Positions 37,303 to 46,524 of a stretch of DNA of 64,000 nucleotides are shown one piece after another. The notes under the pieces are model-generated. The model saw only the letters and a program-made list of their open reading frames with translations, was not told where the DNA came from and did no database searches. The stretch covers positions 64,750 to 128,749 of the forward strand of contig JAJPIJ010000046.1 in assembly GCA_021324815.1 (NCBI GenBank), in the 5' to 3' direction. Origin of the DNA: Gammaproteobacteria bacterium. Its GTDB lineage: Bacteria > Pseudomonadota > Gammaproteobacteria > JAJPIJ01. The translations under genes were made by a program, and so were the position numbers. Within the stretch, counting starts at the first letter, position 1; each line of letters starts with the position of its first letter.

Positions 37303-38544
37303 TTATTCGACTTCGGAAACAATCCGGGCGGGCAGGCGGATGTCGTCATCCGCGGGCATCGGCAGCAGATGCGTCTTGCCGCTGGCGTCCGCAAGCCACG
37401 TGAGCAGCGCGGGGAAACGCCTGAAAAGGGACAGGGCGGCGGCGGCGAGATGGGGGCGCATGGCCAGCTGCGCATAAAATGAAGAGCGGCGCATGCGCGC
37501 CGCGAAGTGGCGGCGCCAGGCGAGGTCATAGCGTCGCGCGGCGGCCGCCATCTCGCCGCGGCGGATTTCGGCGCGGTGCGTGATCAGGCATTCCGCCAGC
37601 AGCCACGCGCTTTGCATGGCGAGACTGATGCCCTCGGCGATCACCGGATGCGCCTCGCCGGCGGCATTGCCCGCAAGCCAGATCCGTCCGCGGCGCAGGG
37701 CACGCCGACCCGGGCGGATGGGACCGGCGGCAAGCCATGCGCCCCGCACGCGTGCGGGGCGGAGGGCCTCGCGCACACCGCGGCAATGGGCCGTGATGTG
37801 CGCCAGCACCGCCTCGCCCGCGCGCCGTCCCGGCGCGCGTTCGCGGCAGGATTGCAGCACGTCGCGGCGCACGCAGCATGACAGGCTGACACGCCCGCCG
37901 TCGGTGTGCACCATGCCGCCGTACCCGCCGGGAAAGGCGAGCAGCGTCATCAAATCGGGCGGCAGACCGGCATCTGCGAAATGCGCCTTGAAACCCAGGA
38001 GCTCAGCGGGCGCCGGCGGCGGCGATCGCAGTTCCGGCAGCAGGCCGGCCTCCCAGGAGCCTTGCGCGACAATGGCGATCGGGGCGGAAATCTCCCCGCA
38101 CCGCCGCGAGCGGCGATGCGACAGCTTGCATCGCACTTCATTGCCGTCCTGTTCCAGGGAAGTGACCGCCCAGGGTTGGTGAACGGTGACGCCGGCGGCG
38201 GCCGCGCGCTGCAGCAGCAGGGTGTCCAGATGCTCGCGTCCCAGCGCCCGCCCCCACAAACAAGCACCGCCGGGCGGCGACGGCATGAGCGCGATGACGG
38301 TGTCGTCGCTGCAGAAAATGCCAACGCGACGAATCTCGGGACCGGCCTGGACTTGAAAATTTCGATCCACGTCCAGCCGGCGCAGGAGCGGCAGGGTGGT
38401 CGCGGAGATGAATTCACCGCAGACCTTGCGGCGGGGGAAGGGCGATTTCTCCACCAGCGCCACGCTGAAACCCGCCTGCGCCAGGAGCAGGGCCGCCGTC
38501 GAACCCGCGGGTCCGCCGCCCACGACGATGACATCGCAACTCAC
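37303..38544 (-). CDS. FAD-dependent oxidoreductase (GGR/halogenase/monooxygenase-like)
   Basis: VVGGGPAGS, FPR.KVCGE, GNAAG..HP..AEGIS.A; GTG start overlaps the upstream stop. Confidence 0.85.
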   Translation of the reverse strand: MSCDVIVVGGGPAGSTAALLLAQAGFSVALVEKSPFPRRKVCGEFISATTLPLLRRLDVDRNFQVQAGPEIRRVGIFCSDDTVIALMPSPPGGACLWGRALGREHLDTLLLQRAAAAGVTVHQPWAVTSLEQDGNEVRCKLSHRRSRRCGEISAPIAIVAQGSWEAGLLPELRSPPPAPAELLGFKAHFADAGLPPDLMTLLAFPGGYGGMVHTDGGRVSLSCCVRRDVLQSCRERAPGRRAGEAVLAHITAHCRGVREALRPARVRGAWLAAGPIRPGRRALRRGRIWLAGNAAGEAHPVIAEGISLAMQSAWLLAECLITHRAEIRRGEMAAAARRYDLAWRRHFAARMRRSSFYAQLAMRPHLAAAALSLFRRFPALLTWLADASGKTHLLPMPADDDIRLPARIVSEVE

Positions 38545-39263
38545 GCCGTATCCTCCAGTGAGGGATGGATCAGGCGCCGGGCGATGAACAAATGCGTGAA
38601 CAGACCGGCGCCGCGCTCGCTCAGCCGCCAGACATCGTCCGCGGGCCACAACGCCGACAACTCGCGATCCGTGAACCCCGCCCTCACGCTCGCCACCGCG
38701 TCGTGACGGGAAACCTCGTTGCAGCCGATGAGCACGAGCGCGCGGCTCCCGGCCAGCGCCGCCGCCGAGCGCCGCGGCTCGGTGGCGATGAACACGCGCG
38801 CCGCGCCGGCGATGCCGGCAAGGAGATCGCGCAACGCGCACTCATCGAAATGATGCAGCACCAGATTGGCCATCACCAGATCGGCGTCCCGGCGTTGATG
38901 GAACCACGTGAGGATGTCGGCGGTGACGCATTCGACGCGCCAGCCGAGCGCCGTGAACGCGTTCAATGTCGCCGGCGAAACGACCGGCCGGCGATCGATC
39001 AGAACGGCGGAGACCCCGCTCCAGCGCGGGGCCAGGCTGCGGGCCAGGGACAGCATCAGCGAGCCGTCGCCGGCGCCGATCTCGATGACGCGGCGGGGCG
39101 CGCGCGCGCCGAACAGCGCCGCCAGATTCCGTCGCAGGATGAACCGCTGACCCATCAGCACGTTGACCCGCTGCAAATCGCGTCGTGAACGCAGCGCACG
39201 GGGATCATCGGCCGGGAGCACGTCCAGCAGCTCCTCCTCCAGATGCCGCTCCGCCAGCGACAT
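38541..39263 (-). CDS. class I SAM-dependent methyltransferase
   Basis: E.LD, EIGAGDG, NL.LHHF, HD...SVRAGF. Confidence 0.85.
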   Translation of the reverse strand: MSLAERHLEEELLDVLPADDPRALRSRRDLQRVNVLMGQRFILRRNLAALFGARAPRRVIEIGAGDGSLMLSLARSLAPRWSGVSAVLIDRRPVVSPATLNAFTALGWRVECVTADILTWFHQRRDADLVMANLVLHHFDECALRDLLAGIAGAARVFIATEPRRSAAALAGSRALVLIGCNEVSRHDAVASVRAGFTDRELSALWPADDVWRLSERGAGLFTHLFIARRLIHPSLEDTA

Positions 39264-39269
39264 GAGCCG

Positions 39270-40394
39270 TCAGTTCACCTTGAGCAGCGCGCCGTAGCAG
39301 CTGAAACCGGCGCCGAAGCTGGACAGCCACCAGGCGCCCGGCGCTGCGCCGCCGGTGAGGGCCCGATCGAGGGCGAACAGCACGCTGGGACTGCTCATGT
39401 TGCCGTATTCGCTTAAGACTTCTGCGCTCCAGCGCGTGGCGTCGTCATCCAGGCCCAGCCGCTCGCGCAGGGCCGAGAGCACATCGCGGCCGCCGGCGTG
39501 CCAGATCCATGTTTGAATGTCCTTGCGCGGCAGGCCCTGCTCCATCAACACTCTATCGAGCACGGTTTCGGCGTATTGCGCCGCCAGCCGCGGCACCGGC
39601 GGGGTCAGGATGTTGCGCAGCATGCCGCGGCGGTGCTCGAATCGCAGCAGTTCGCGATGCGCCGGCGCGGTCTCCGCGCCAAACCCGATCCATTCGATGC
39701 GGCGGCCGCCGTTCACCGGCGGCTTGGGACCCAGCACCAGCGCCGCCGCGCCGTCGCCGAACAGGCAGGCGCTGACCAGCACGCCGGGGTCGTCGTCGAG
39801 GTAAAAGGCGGCGCTGCACACCTCCACGCACACCGACAGCACCCGCGCGCAGTCGCCGCCCGAGAGCAGCGCCTGGGCCATGCGCAGGTTGGGCAGCGCG
39901 GCGCCGCAGCCGTTGCCGACCAGGTCGAGGGCGATGACATCGGAGCGCAGTCCCAGCCGCTCGATGAGGTAGCTTGACAGCCCCGGGCAGAGATAGCCGG
40001 TGCAGGTGCTGACGAGAATGGCGTCGATGGCCTGGACGTCGACCGCCGCGTTGGTCAACGCCCGCAGCCCCGCCTGCGCGCCCAGCGCCGGCGCGTGCTG
40101 CTCAAAGCGCCGCTGCAGGGCGTCGGGGTTGAATTGATCGATCTCGGTGATCTGATCGAGCGCCAGATGGCGGCTGCGGATGCCGTTGCCGCCGGCCAGC
40201 AGCTTGCGCATGAGCGCCTGGGAGCGCGAATCGAGGCCGCGGTAGACCTCGGTCTGACGCAGCGCCTCGTAGCAGGCGGCCTGTGGATAATGGTGCGCAG
40301 GCACGGCCGTGCCGACGCCGTCGATGAACATCCGCGATGCGGACGCCGCGGCCGGCAGCGGAAAGGGGGTGGGGAAAAGCTCGGGCAGATTCAT
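39270..40394 (-). CDS. type III polyketide synthase
   Basis: STCTG, GCGA (Cys), LFGDGA, WHAGG (His), YGNMSS (Asn), SFGAGF. Confidence 0.92.
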   Translation of the reverse strand: MNLPELFPTPFPLPAAASASRMFIDGVGTAVPAHHYPQAACYEALRQTEVYRGLDSRSQALMRKLLAGGNGIRSRHLALDQITEIDQFNPDALQRRFEQHAPALGAQAGLRALTNAAVDVQAIDAILVSTCTGYLCPGLSSYLIERLGLRSDVIALDLVGNGCGAALPNLRMAQALLSGGDCARVLSVCVEVCSAAFYLDDDPGVLVSACLFGDGAAALVLGPKPPVNGGRRIEWIGFGAETAPAHRELLRFEHRRGMLRNILTPPVPRLAAQYAETVLDRVLMEQGLPRKDIQTWIWHAGGRDVLSALRERLGLDDDATRWSAEVLSEYGNMSSPSVLFALDRALTGGAAPGAWWLSSFGAGFSCYGALLKVN

Positions 40395-40598
40395 GCGCTC
40401 CTGCTCCCGGTGGCTGTGGTTGTCCGTACTTCGCAGTAGAATGATTTTTTCTTGATCGACCCGTCGTGCCGGCGGTTCAACCGCGGCGGCGGGAACGGTC
40501 CTCCTTCCGCGGCGCCGGGCCAAAAAGGCGCGCAAAAGACTTCGCGTGGCGGAATTCCCGTCACTGGTCACGTGTAAAAGGCGACGGCAGCCGGCGCG

Positions 40599-41015
40599 TC
40601 AGCGCGCGCCAATGGCCTTGGCGGCCCGCCCGTAATCCCTGCGCTTCACCCACAGGATCATGCCGTAGCGGCCCCTGCCCGCGGCCACGGCATCGGCGGC
40701 GGTGACGTTGATATTCGCCTTCGCCAGCCGCGAGATGGGCCGCTCTATGGCGCCGACCTCGTCCCTGCCCTGGATCAGGAACCCCTTTTTGGGACGGCTC
40801 AGCTTCCAGCCATGCTGTTTGGCCAGCCGGCGGATGCCGCCGAGCCGCTCGGCGATCAAGTCCACCTGGGCCCTGCCGCCACCCGCGGGAAAGCCGGAGA
40901 AGGCGGTCAGACTGATGCCGGCGTTTTTGAGCGCCTTCAAAATGCCCGCCGCGGAACCGGCGCGGTGGGATACGGTGACATAGCAGTAATTTATTTTGCG
41001 TGCGGTGTATGCCAT
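40599..41015 (-). CDS. tandem ACT-like domain protein
   Basis: Two beta-alpha-beta repeats (HRAGSAA.IL..L..AGI; DEVGA......LA.A.IN); GGAGG RBS. Confidence 0.65.
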   Translation of the reverse strand: MAYTARKINYCYVTVSHRAGSAAGILKALKNAGISLTAFSGFPAGGGRAQVDLIAERLGGIRRLAKQHGWKLSRPKKGFLIQGRDEVGAIERPISRLAKANINVTAADAVAAGRGRYGMILWVKRRDYGRAAKAIGAR

Positions 41016-41286
41016 GACGGCCCTCCTTTGTGTAAAGGACAGGCATCACATTACTCCCACTCCGCGGCAAATTCGACATGTGGCCGGATCCTCCGACATG
41101 GATGACGTCGGGGCCCTTTCCGGAAGACGCCAGGACCTTCACATCGTGTCATCCGCAAGATGAACGCCGTCTTAACGGCAGCCGTCACCATGATATGCCC
41201 GGCGCTGACCGGGCACCCATGGACCGCGGCGCATGGCGGGCCGCCGGAAACGGTTCCGCGGCGTCTCCGCCCGATGATTCTTAAAA

Positions 41287-42045
41287 TCAACCGCCGGCGG
41301 GTTTGTCAGTGGCTTGCAGCAGCGGCTTCAGCAGATCGATGGGCAGCGGGAAGGCGATGACGGAACTCCGCTCGCCGGCGATTTCGGTGAGCGTCTGCAG
41401 GAAGCGCAACTGCATGCTCTGCGGATTTTTCGCCAGCGTCTGCGCCGCCTGCAGCAGTTTTTCGGAGGCCTGCAACTCCCCCTCGGCGTGGATGACCTTG
41501 GCGCGCCGCTCGCGCTCGGCCTCGGCCTGTCTGGCGATGGCGCGGACCATGCTCTCGTTCAGATCGACGTGCTTGATCTCGACGTTGCTGACCTTGATGC
41601 CCCAGGCCGACGTCTGCTCATCGAGGATCTTCTGAATGTCGGCATTCAGCCGATCACGTTCGGCCAGCATCTCGTCCAGTTCATGCTGGCCGAGCACCGA
41701 GCGCAGCGTGGTCTGCGCCAGCTGGCTGGTGGCGGCGTGAAAGTTCTCCACCTGGATGATCGCCTTCTCCGGGTCCATCACGCGGAAATAAATGACGGCG
41801 TTGACCTTCACCGAGACGTTGTCCCGGGAGATCACATCCTGCGTCGGCACGTCCATGACGACGGTGCGCAGATCCACGCGCACCATCTTTTGGATTCCCG
41901 GGATGAGGATGATCAGCCCCGGACCCTTGATCGCCTGATAGCGTCCCAGAAAGAACACCACGCCGCGTTCGTATTCGATCAGCACATTCAGCACCGTCCA
42001 CAGGATCAGGAGCGCCAGAACAACCAGAATGGTCATGAAAGTCAT
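41287..42045 (-). CDS. slipin/stomatin (SPFH) family protein
   Basis: [41 protein letters not shown]. Confidence 0.94.
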   Translation of the reverse strand: MTFMTILVVLALLILWTVLNVLIEYERGVVFFLGRYQAIKGPGLIILIPGIQKMVRVDLRTVVMDVPTQDVISRDNVSVKVNAVIYFRVMDPEKAIIQVENFHAATSQLAQTTLRSVLGQHELDEMLAERDRLNADIQKILDEQTSAWGIKVSNVEIKHVDLNESMVRAIARQAEAERERRAKVIHAEGELQASEKLLQAAQTLAKNPQSMQLRFLQTLTEIAGERSSVIAFPLPIDLLKPLLQATDKPAGG

Positions 42046-42046
42046 G

Positions 42047-43453
42047 TCATTTCTCCTCGTTTACCGCCTCCACATTCAGGGTCAGGCCGTCGAGCGCGGT
42101 GACGCGCACCTTCTGCCCCGTCTTCAACGCCACCGGCGAGTGCGCGCGCCAGACCTCGCCCCGCGCCCGCACGCGACCGACGCCCTCGAAATCCTCCAGC
42201 ACCTCCCCCAGGCTGCCGATCATCGCCTCGGCTCCGCTCACCGACCGGCGGCGATGGAACTTCACGGCCAGGCCGGCGACGCCCATGAAAAATGCAGCGC
42301 TCAGGAGCGCGAAGCCGCCGATCAGTGGCAGTGATATGCGGTAGGCCTCGCCGCCCGCGTCGAAGAGGATGAATGAGCCGATCAAAAAGGCGGTGACGCC
42401 GCCCACGCCGAGCGCGCCGAAGCTCGGCACGAACATTTCGGCGATCATGAAGGCGATGCCGATCAGCATCAACGCCAGCCCCGCATAGTTCACCGGCAGC
42501 ACGTTGAGCGCGTAAAGCGCCAGCAGCAGGCTGATCGCGCCGGCCACGCCCGGCAGGACGTGGCCGGGATTGGCCAGCTCGAAGAACAAACCGTAAAAGC
42601 CGAGCAGCAGGAGCATGTAGGCGATATTCGGGTGGGTGATCGCGGCGAGCAGCCGGTCATGCCAGTCGGGTTCGACGGTTTCGATGACGGCATCCTTGAG
42701 ATCAAGCCGGCGCGATTGTCCGCTGACCCGGACCTCGCGGCCGTCGAGCGCGGTGAGCAGCGAATGGAGATCGGATGCAATCAGATCGATTACATTCCGC
42801 TCCAGGGCCTCTTTGGCCGGCAGACTGGCCCCTGTGCGCACCGCCTGCTCCGCCCAGTCGACGTTGCGGCCGCGCATCTGCGCCAGGCCGCGCAGATAGG
42901 CCACGGCGTCGTTGACCACTTTTCTGCCCATGGCGTTTGCCGGCGCCGCCGCCGGCTCGTCCTGAACGCCGGGCCCAGGTTTCCCGGCCTCGCCGCCGCC
43001 GGCCTTCTCCTTTTTCTCATCGTTGCCGTCGCGGCTGCCGGCGGGTGGTTTGAAAATCGGGAGTTCGCCCAGCGGCACGGGCGTCGCCGCGCCGAGGTTG
43101 GTGGCCGGCGCCATCGCGGCGACATGGGCGGCGTAGGTGATGTAGGTGCCGGCGCTGGCGGCGCGCGCCCCCTCAGGCGCCACGTACACGGCCACCGGCA
43201 CCGGCGAGGCGATGATGTCCTGCACGATCTCGCGCATCGATTCGTCCAGCCCGCCGGGCGTGTCCAGTTCGATGACGACCAGCGCCGCATCTTCCCGAGC
43301 GGCGCGATCAAGGTTGCGATGCACGTAATCGCTGACCGCCGGGCCGATGGCCTGGCGTACCTGGAGCACCATGACACTCCCGCGTTCATCGCCCCCGACG
43401 GCGGCGGACGTGAGCAGAAGCGCGGGCAGCATACCAATCCACCACCACATCAA
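42047..43453 (-). CDS. nfeD: NfeD membrane-bound serine protease (long form)
   Basis: LDTPGG, RAASAG, NLGAA.P, TM domain, C-terminal OB fold (GEVW.A); paired with slipin. Confidence 0.92.
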   Translation of the reverse strand: MMWWWIGMLPALLLTSAAVGGDERGSVMVLQVRQAIGPAVSDYVHRNLDRAAREDAALVVIELDTPGGLDESMREIVQDIIASPVPVAVYVAPEGARAASAGTYITYAAHVAAMAPATNLGAATPVPLGELPIFKPPAGSRDGNDEKKEKAGGGEAGKPGPGVQDEPAAAPANAMGRKVVNDAVAYLRGLAQMRGRNVDWAEQAVRTGASLPAKEALERNVIDLIASDLHSLLTALDGREVRVSGQSRRLDLKDAVIETVEPDWHDRLLAAITHPNIAYMLLLLGFYGLFFELANPGHVLPGVAGAISLLLALYALNVLPVNYAGLALMLIGIAFMIAEMFVPSFGALGVGGVTAFLIGSFILFDAGGEAYRISLPLIGGFALLSAAFFMGVAGLAVKFHRRRSVSGAEAMIGSLGEVLEDFEGVGRVRARGEVWRAHSPVALKTGQKVRVTALDGLTLNVEAVNEEK

Positions 43454-43484
43454 CGGCCTCCCGAGCCCCCATGACGGAGCTCAC

Positions 43485-43530
43485 TGATGAAAGCATAGTA
43501 CAAACGGAGTGGCGGAGAGGGTGCTCATGC
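43485..43530. repeat. left diverged direct repeat bounding the CRISPR-Cas island
   Basis: TGATGAAAGCATAGTACAA-N18-TGCTCATGC; partner at 51673-51717. Confidence 0.7.
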
Positions 43531-43715
43531 TCCGGGCTGGGCGTGAACCACCTCAAGGGGAAGGCACTTTGCCGGACTCTAAAGAATTTCTTGTCGGCAC
43601 GCGACCACCATCGGAAAGCCTGATGTTACTTGGTCGCCCGTAGGTTATTGACCTTTTAGTGTTTTTTAAGTTGAGAGTTGTTCAAGCACATTCCACAGTG
43701 TGCCTGTAGGGGGGA

Positions 43716-44108
43716 TTGCCTCACGATTCCCGCAGTCGCGGCGACTGCGGCGCCCTCAATGCCGGTGCGCTCATACCGCCAGCTGCTGCCGCCTCACGAT
43801 TCCCGCAGTCGCGGCGACTGCGGCCCCTTTGTGAATGATTGACCCCAAAGCTACGGTTTCCGCCTCACGATTCCCGCAGTCGCGGCGACTGCGGCTGAAG
43901 CTGAAGCCGTTGCTCACGCTGACCGAAGTGCCGCCTCACGATTCCCGCAGTCGCGGCGACTGCGGCTATAGTGCTTTTAGCACTTCTATCCATTGCCAAC
44001 TTCCGCCTCACGATTCCCGCAGTCGCGGCGACTGCGGCGCCCGCGCGGTAAAAATTCTCGCCATGCAGGTTGCCGCCTCACGATTCCCGCAGTCGCGGCG
44101 ACTGCGGC
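43716..44108 (-). CRISPR. CRISPR array, 6 repeats of 36 bp and 5 spacers of 34-37 bp
   Basis: Repeats at 43716, 43789, 43860, 43931, 44003, 44073; minus-strand repeat GCCGCAGTCGCCGCGACTGCGGGAATCGTGAGGCGG; the copy at 43716 is degenerate (trailer end). Confidence 0.98.
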
Positions 44109-44300
44109 CCCCCCCCTCCCAAACACCTTAAGAATCCAACGCCTGCCGCTGCATGTTGCGAGCACAAGGCGAGATGAGACGGGGGGACACTAGAGAACCG
44201 GAAGACGGTGGTCGCCATTCACCTGTTTCTCCAGGCAAAATCGAAGTGCGAGCGTCCATGAGGTTTTGGGCCAGCACTTCCGCACTCGCAACGTCGCCGC
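44109..44300 (-). promoter_or_regulatory. CRISPR leader
   Basis: Non-coding stretch between the intact terminal repeat and the tracr region, on the cas side; recurring CTCGCA/TGCGAG motifs. Confidence 0.6.
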
Positions 44301-44311
44301 ATTGTTATAGA

Positions 44312-44385
44312 GCGCAGTCGTCGCGACTGCGGGAATCATGCCAACCCAATGGCGGAGGGTTGATGGTCGGTGGCCTGTGGCCAAA
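44312..44385 (-). ncRNA. predicted tracrRNA
   Basis: 28-nt anti-repeat (44313-44340), stem CAACCC/GGGTTG enclosing CCGCC complementary to the repeat 3' GGCGG, 5' hairpin TGGCC-ACA-GGCCA; lies between cas2 and the array. Confidence 0.82.
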
Positions 44386-44427
44386 AAATCAGGCTAATAC
44401 TTTGGGCAGGAAGTTTCAAGTTCAGAA

Positions 44428-44718
44428 TCAGATGATGGTCACCCGTGAACGCACTTCGTAGGGCAACCCCATTGCGTCGATAATCAGGCTGGCATCACTG
44501 CTGTTCGGGCCGAGCGAAACAAATAACACCTGATCCTCGTCGTGGTTAATCAAATCCCAAAGCTCGGCCTTCAGCTTCGCCAGGCGGAGGTCATCCAGCG
44601 GACATTCAAAGACCGAGTATTGCAGGCGCACGCCAAAACCCTCCAGTGAACGCGCCACCCGCCGCAGCCGTTTCGGGTCGCTGATGTCGTAACTCACAAG
44701 GTAGCGAATCCGGCTCAT
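44428..44718 (-). CDS. cas2: CRISPR-associated endoribonuclease Cas2
   Basis: YLVSYDISD.KRLRRV, G.RLQYSVFEC; ATGA overlap with the cas1 stop. Confidence 0.96.
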   Translation of the reverse strand: MSRIRYLVSYDISDPKRLRRVARSLEGFGVRLQYSVFECPLDDLRLAKLKAELWDLINHDEDQVLFVSLGPNSSDASLIIDAMGLPYEVRSRVTII

Positions 44719-46518
44719 CGCGTGGTAAATCCGTGATAGGTCAATGCTTCTCCGCGCACAAAACGCCACAACTGCCGCGCCTGTACTTCAAGCATCCGGC
44801 GATAAGCCATCTTGTAGCTAAACTCGGGGTGGCTGACCTCCGTATCCAGCCGCCGAAACCATGCCTCCCAGAACGGCCGCCGGCCTTTTTCTGTCAGGAA
44901 AGTCCCATTCGCGCTCTTGATGAAATCCTCGGGGCCAAGTTCACCACGATTAATGAGGCTGATGGCGACGCTGTCGGCGATGAGGGGTCGAAATTCCTCC
45001 ATCAAATCCAGCGCCAGTGCGGGGCGGCCATAACGCGGCTGGTGCATGAACCCTAGAAATGGATCAAGCCCCACTGTATGGCAGACGCCGGTCAGTTCCT
45101 TTGCCAACATCGAATAACCGAGAGAGAGCAGCGCGTTCACGGGATCGCGCGGCGGACGGCGGTTGCGCCCGCGCCAGTCAAACTTCCAGTCAGCCCTTTG
45201 TTTCAGCATGGCTTCAAACTGCTCAAAATAGAGTGCCGCGGCGCCGCCCTCAAAACCAATCAATTCCGTAATGTCTCCCGCTGATTCCGTGGCGTCACGG
45301 AAACCAGCCATCAAACTCAGGACGCGATCCGATGCATCACTGTTACGCATGAGCAAGACGCGCTGGTTATGGATTTTGGCGCGGATTACTTCGCGGGCCA
45401 ATTGCAGCCGCAAGCCGGGCAGCTCAAACAGCCGATATTGCCCGCGTCGTGCGTCCACCCCGCTGGCGGGCAGGCCGCAGAGCATTCCAAGAAAGCGCCC
45501 CGCCGGCGAAAAATAGGCAACCTCAATGCCCAATTCCAGACACGTCTCCATGGCCTGGGCCGTCAGTTGAATTGCACCATAGCAATAGATCGCCCGCACC
45601 TGCTGGCCGGGAATTTTACGCACGCTTTCGCCTTTGACGCTGACGATCAATTCGTCGCCGCGCTGGCCGATTTGCGCGCCGGGCGTTTGTACCACCAGCA
45701 CTTCGCCCTCATCCCCACCGGGGCGTGGTGGCTGCAATGTGGGTTCTTTACCCGTGGATTCCGCGGCAAAATCCAAGGCTTCCAAAATCCGGTCGCTAAC
45801 TGCATCTTCAGGTTCTTCAGCAAATTCGAACCGTAGCTGGCCCTCTGGCTCGACATTCATGCGCCGTTTTGCCCACCAGAGTGATTCGTTGGGCAGGCAT
45901 ATGGGGTAGGCGGAGCAATAAAGACAACGCGCGTCATTCTTCAGCGGAGGAGGACATTTCCCGCTGGCGGCAACTGCCCGTGCTTCCTCGATGGATTTGC
46001 GGACTTTGTCGAACAGCTCCTCAGTGAATTCTACCGGCACACGTCGCTTGTCTGCTGCGTAATAAATCCAGCCGCGCACGGCATTGATCCCATGCTCACG
46101 CAATAGCAGTTCGTAGGCGGCGACCTGCACAGCGTCTGGTTCTTTCGCCACGCGGCCGCCTTCGTTATCACGGCGGGCGGAGCCTTTTTTGTAGTCAATG
46201 ATTTCCGCGCCATCCGGCCCCCCCCTCGACCACATCCACGACGCCGACCAGACCGAGCGATTCGCTTTCCAGGCGCAGGCTGCGGAGCTTCGACCCTTCC
46301 GGCAAACCAAGTTCCCTGGGATCATCCAGTTTGGAAGGCGCGTCCACGTTGCGATGAACATGGCTGCCGGCCACCGTGTCGGCGTTTTCCTGAAAAATGT
46401 TTTCGACCCATTGGAAATAAAACAGCCGTGGGCAATAGACGAAATTGTTGAGCCGGCGCACGGGCATTGGCGGCTGGGGCTCCAGTGTGCCGCTGACTTG
46501 AAGCGGGGCGTCGCTCAT
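44715..46518 (-). pseudogene. cas1: Cas4-Cas1 fusion interrupted by a +1 frameshift (600 aa if repaired)
   Basis: Cas4 N-part (YCPRLFY, G.VDVVE) in one frame; DYKKG, Q..AY, C..CS...IC and Cas1 (EG.AA..YF, R.RRPP.DP.NALLS..Y, LALDLMEEFRP) in the next; break at the C8 run 46218-46225. Confidence 0.9.
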
Positions 46519-46524
46519 GGAGGC

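Noticed and set aside
43510-43523. TGGCGGAGAGGGTG resembles the reverse complement of a tRNA-Ser 3' end (possible att remnant)
   Set aside because: Only 14 nt, no T-arm follows, and there is no partner tRNA or integrase in the window.
43531-43715. AT-rich stretch as an alternative CRISPR leader (plus-strand array)
   Set aside because: The adjacent repeat is the degenerate one, and tracr pairing and cas orientation support minus-strand transcription from the cas2 side.
43835-44461. Short ORFs over the array, leader and tracr
   Set aside because: Translations of repeats and non-coding RNA sequence.
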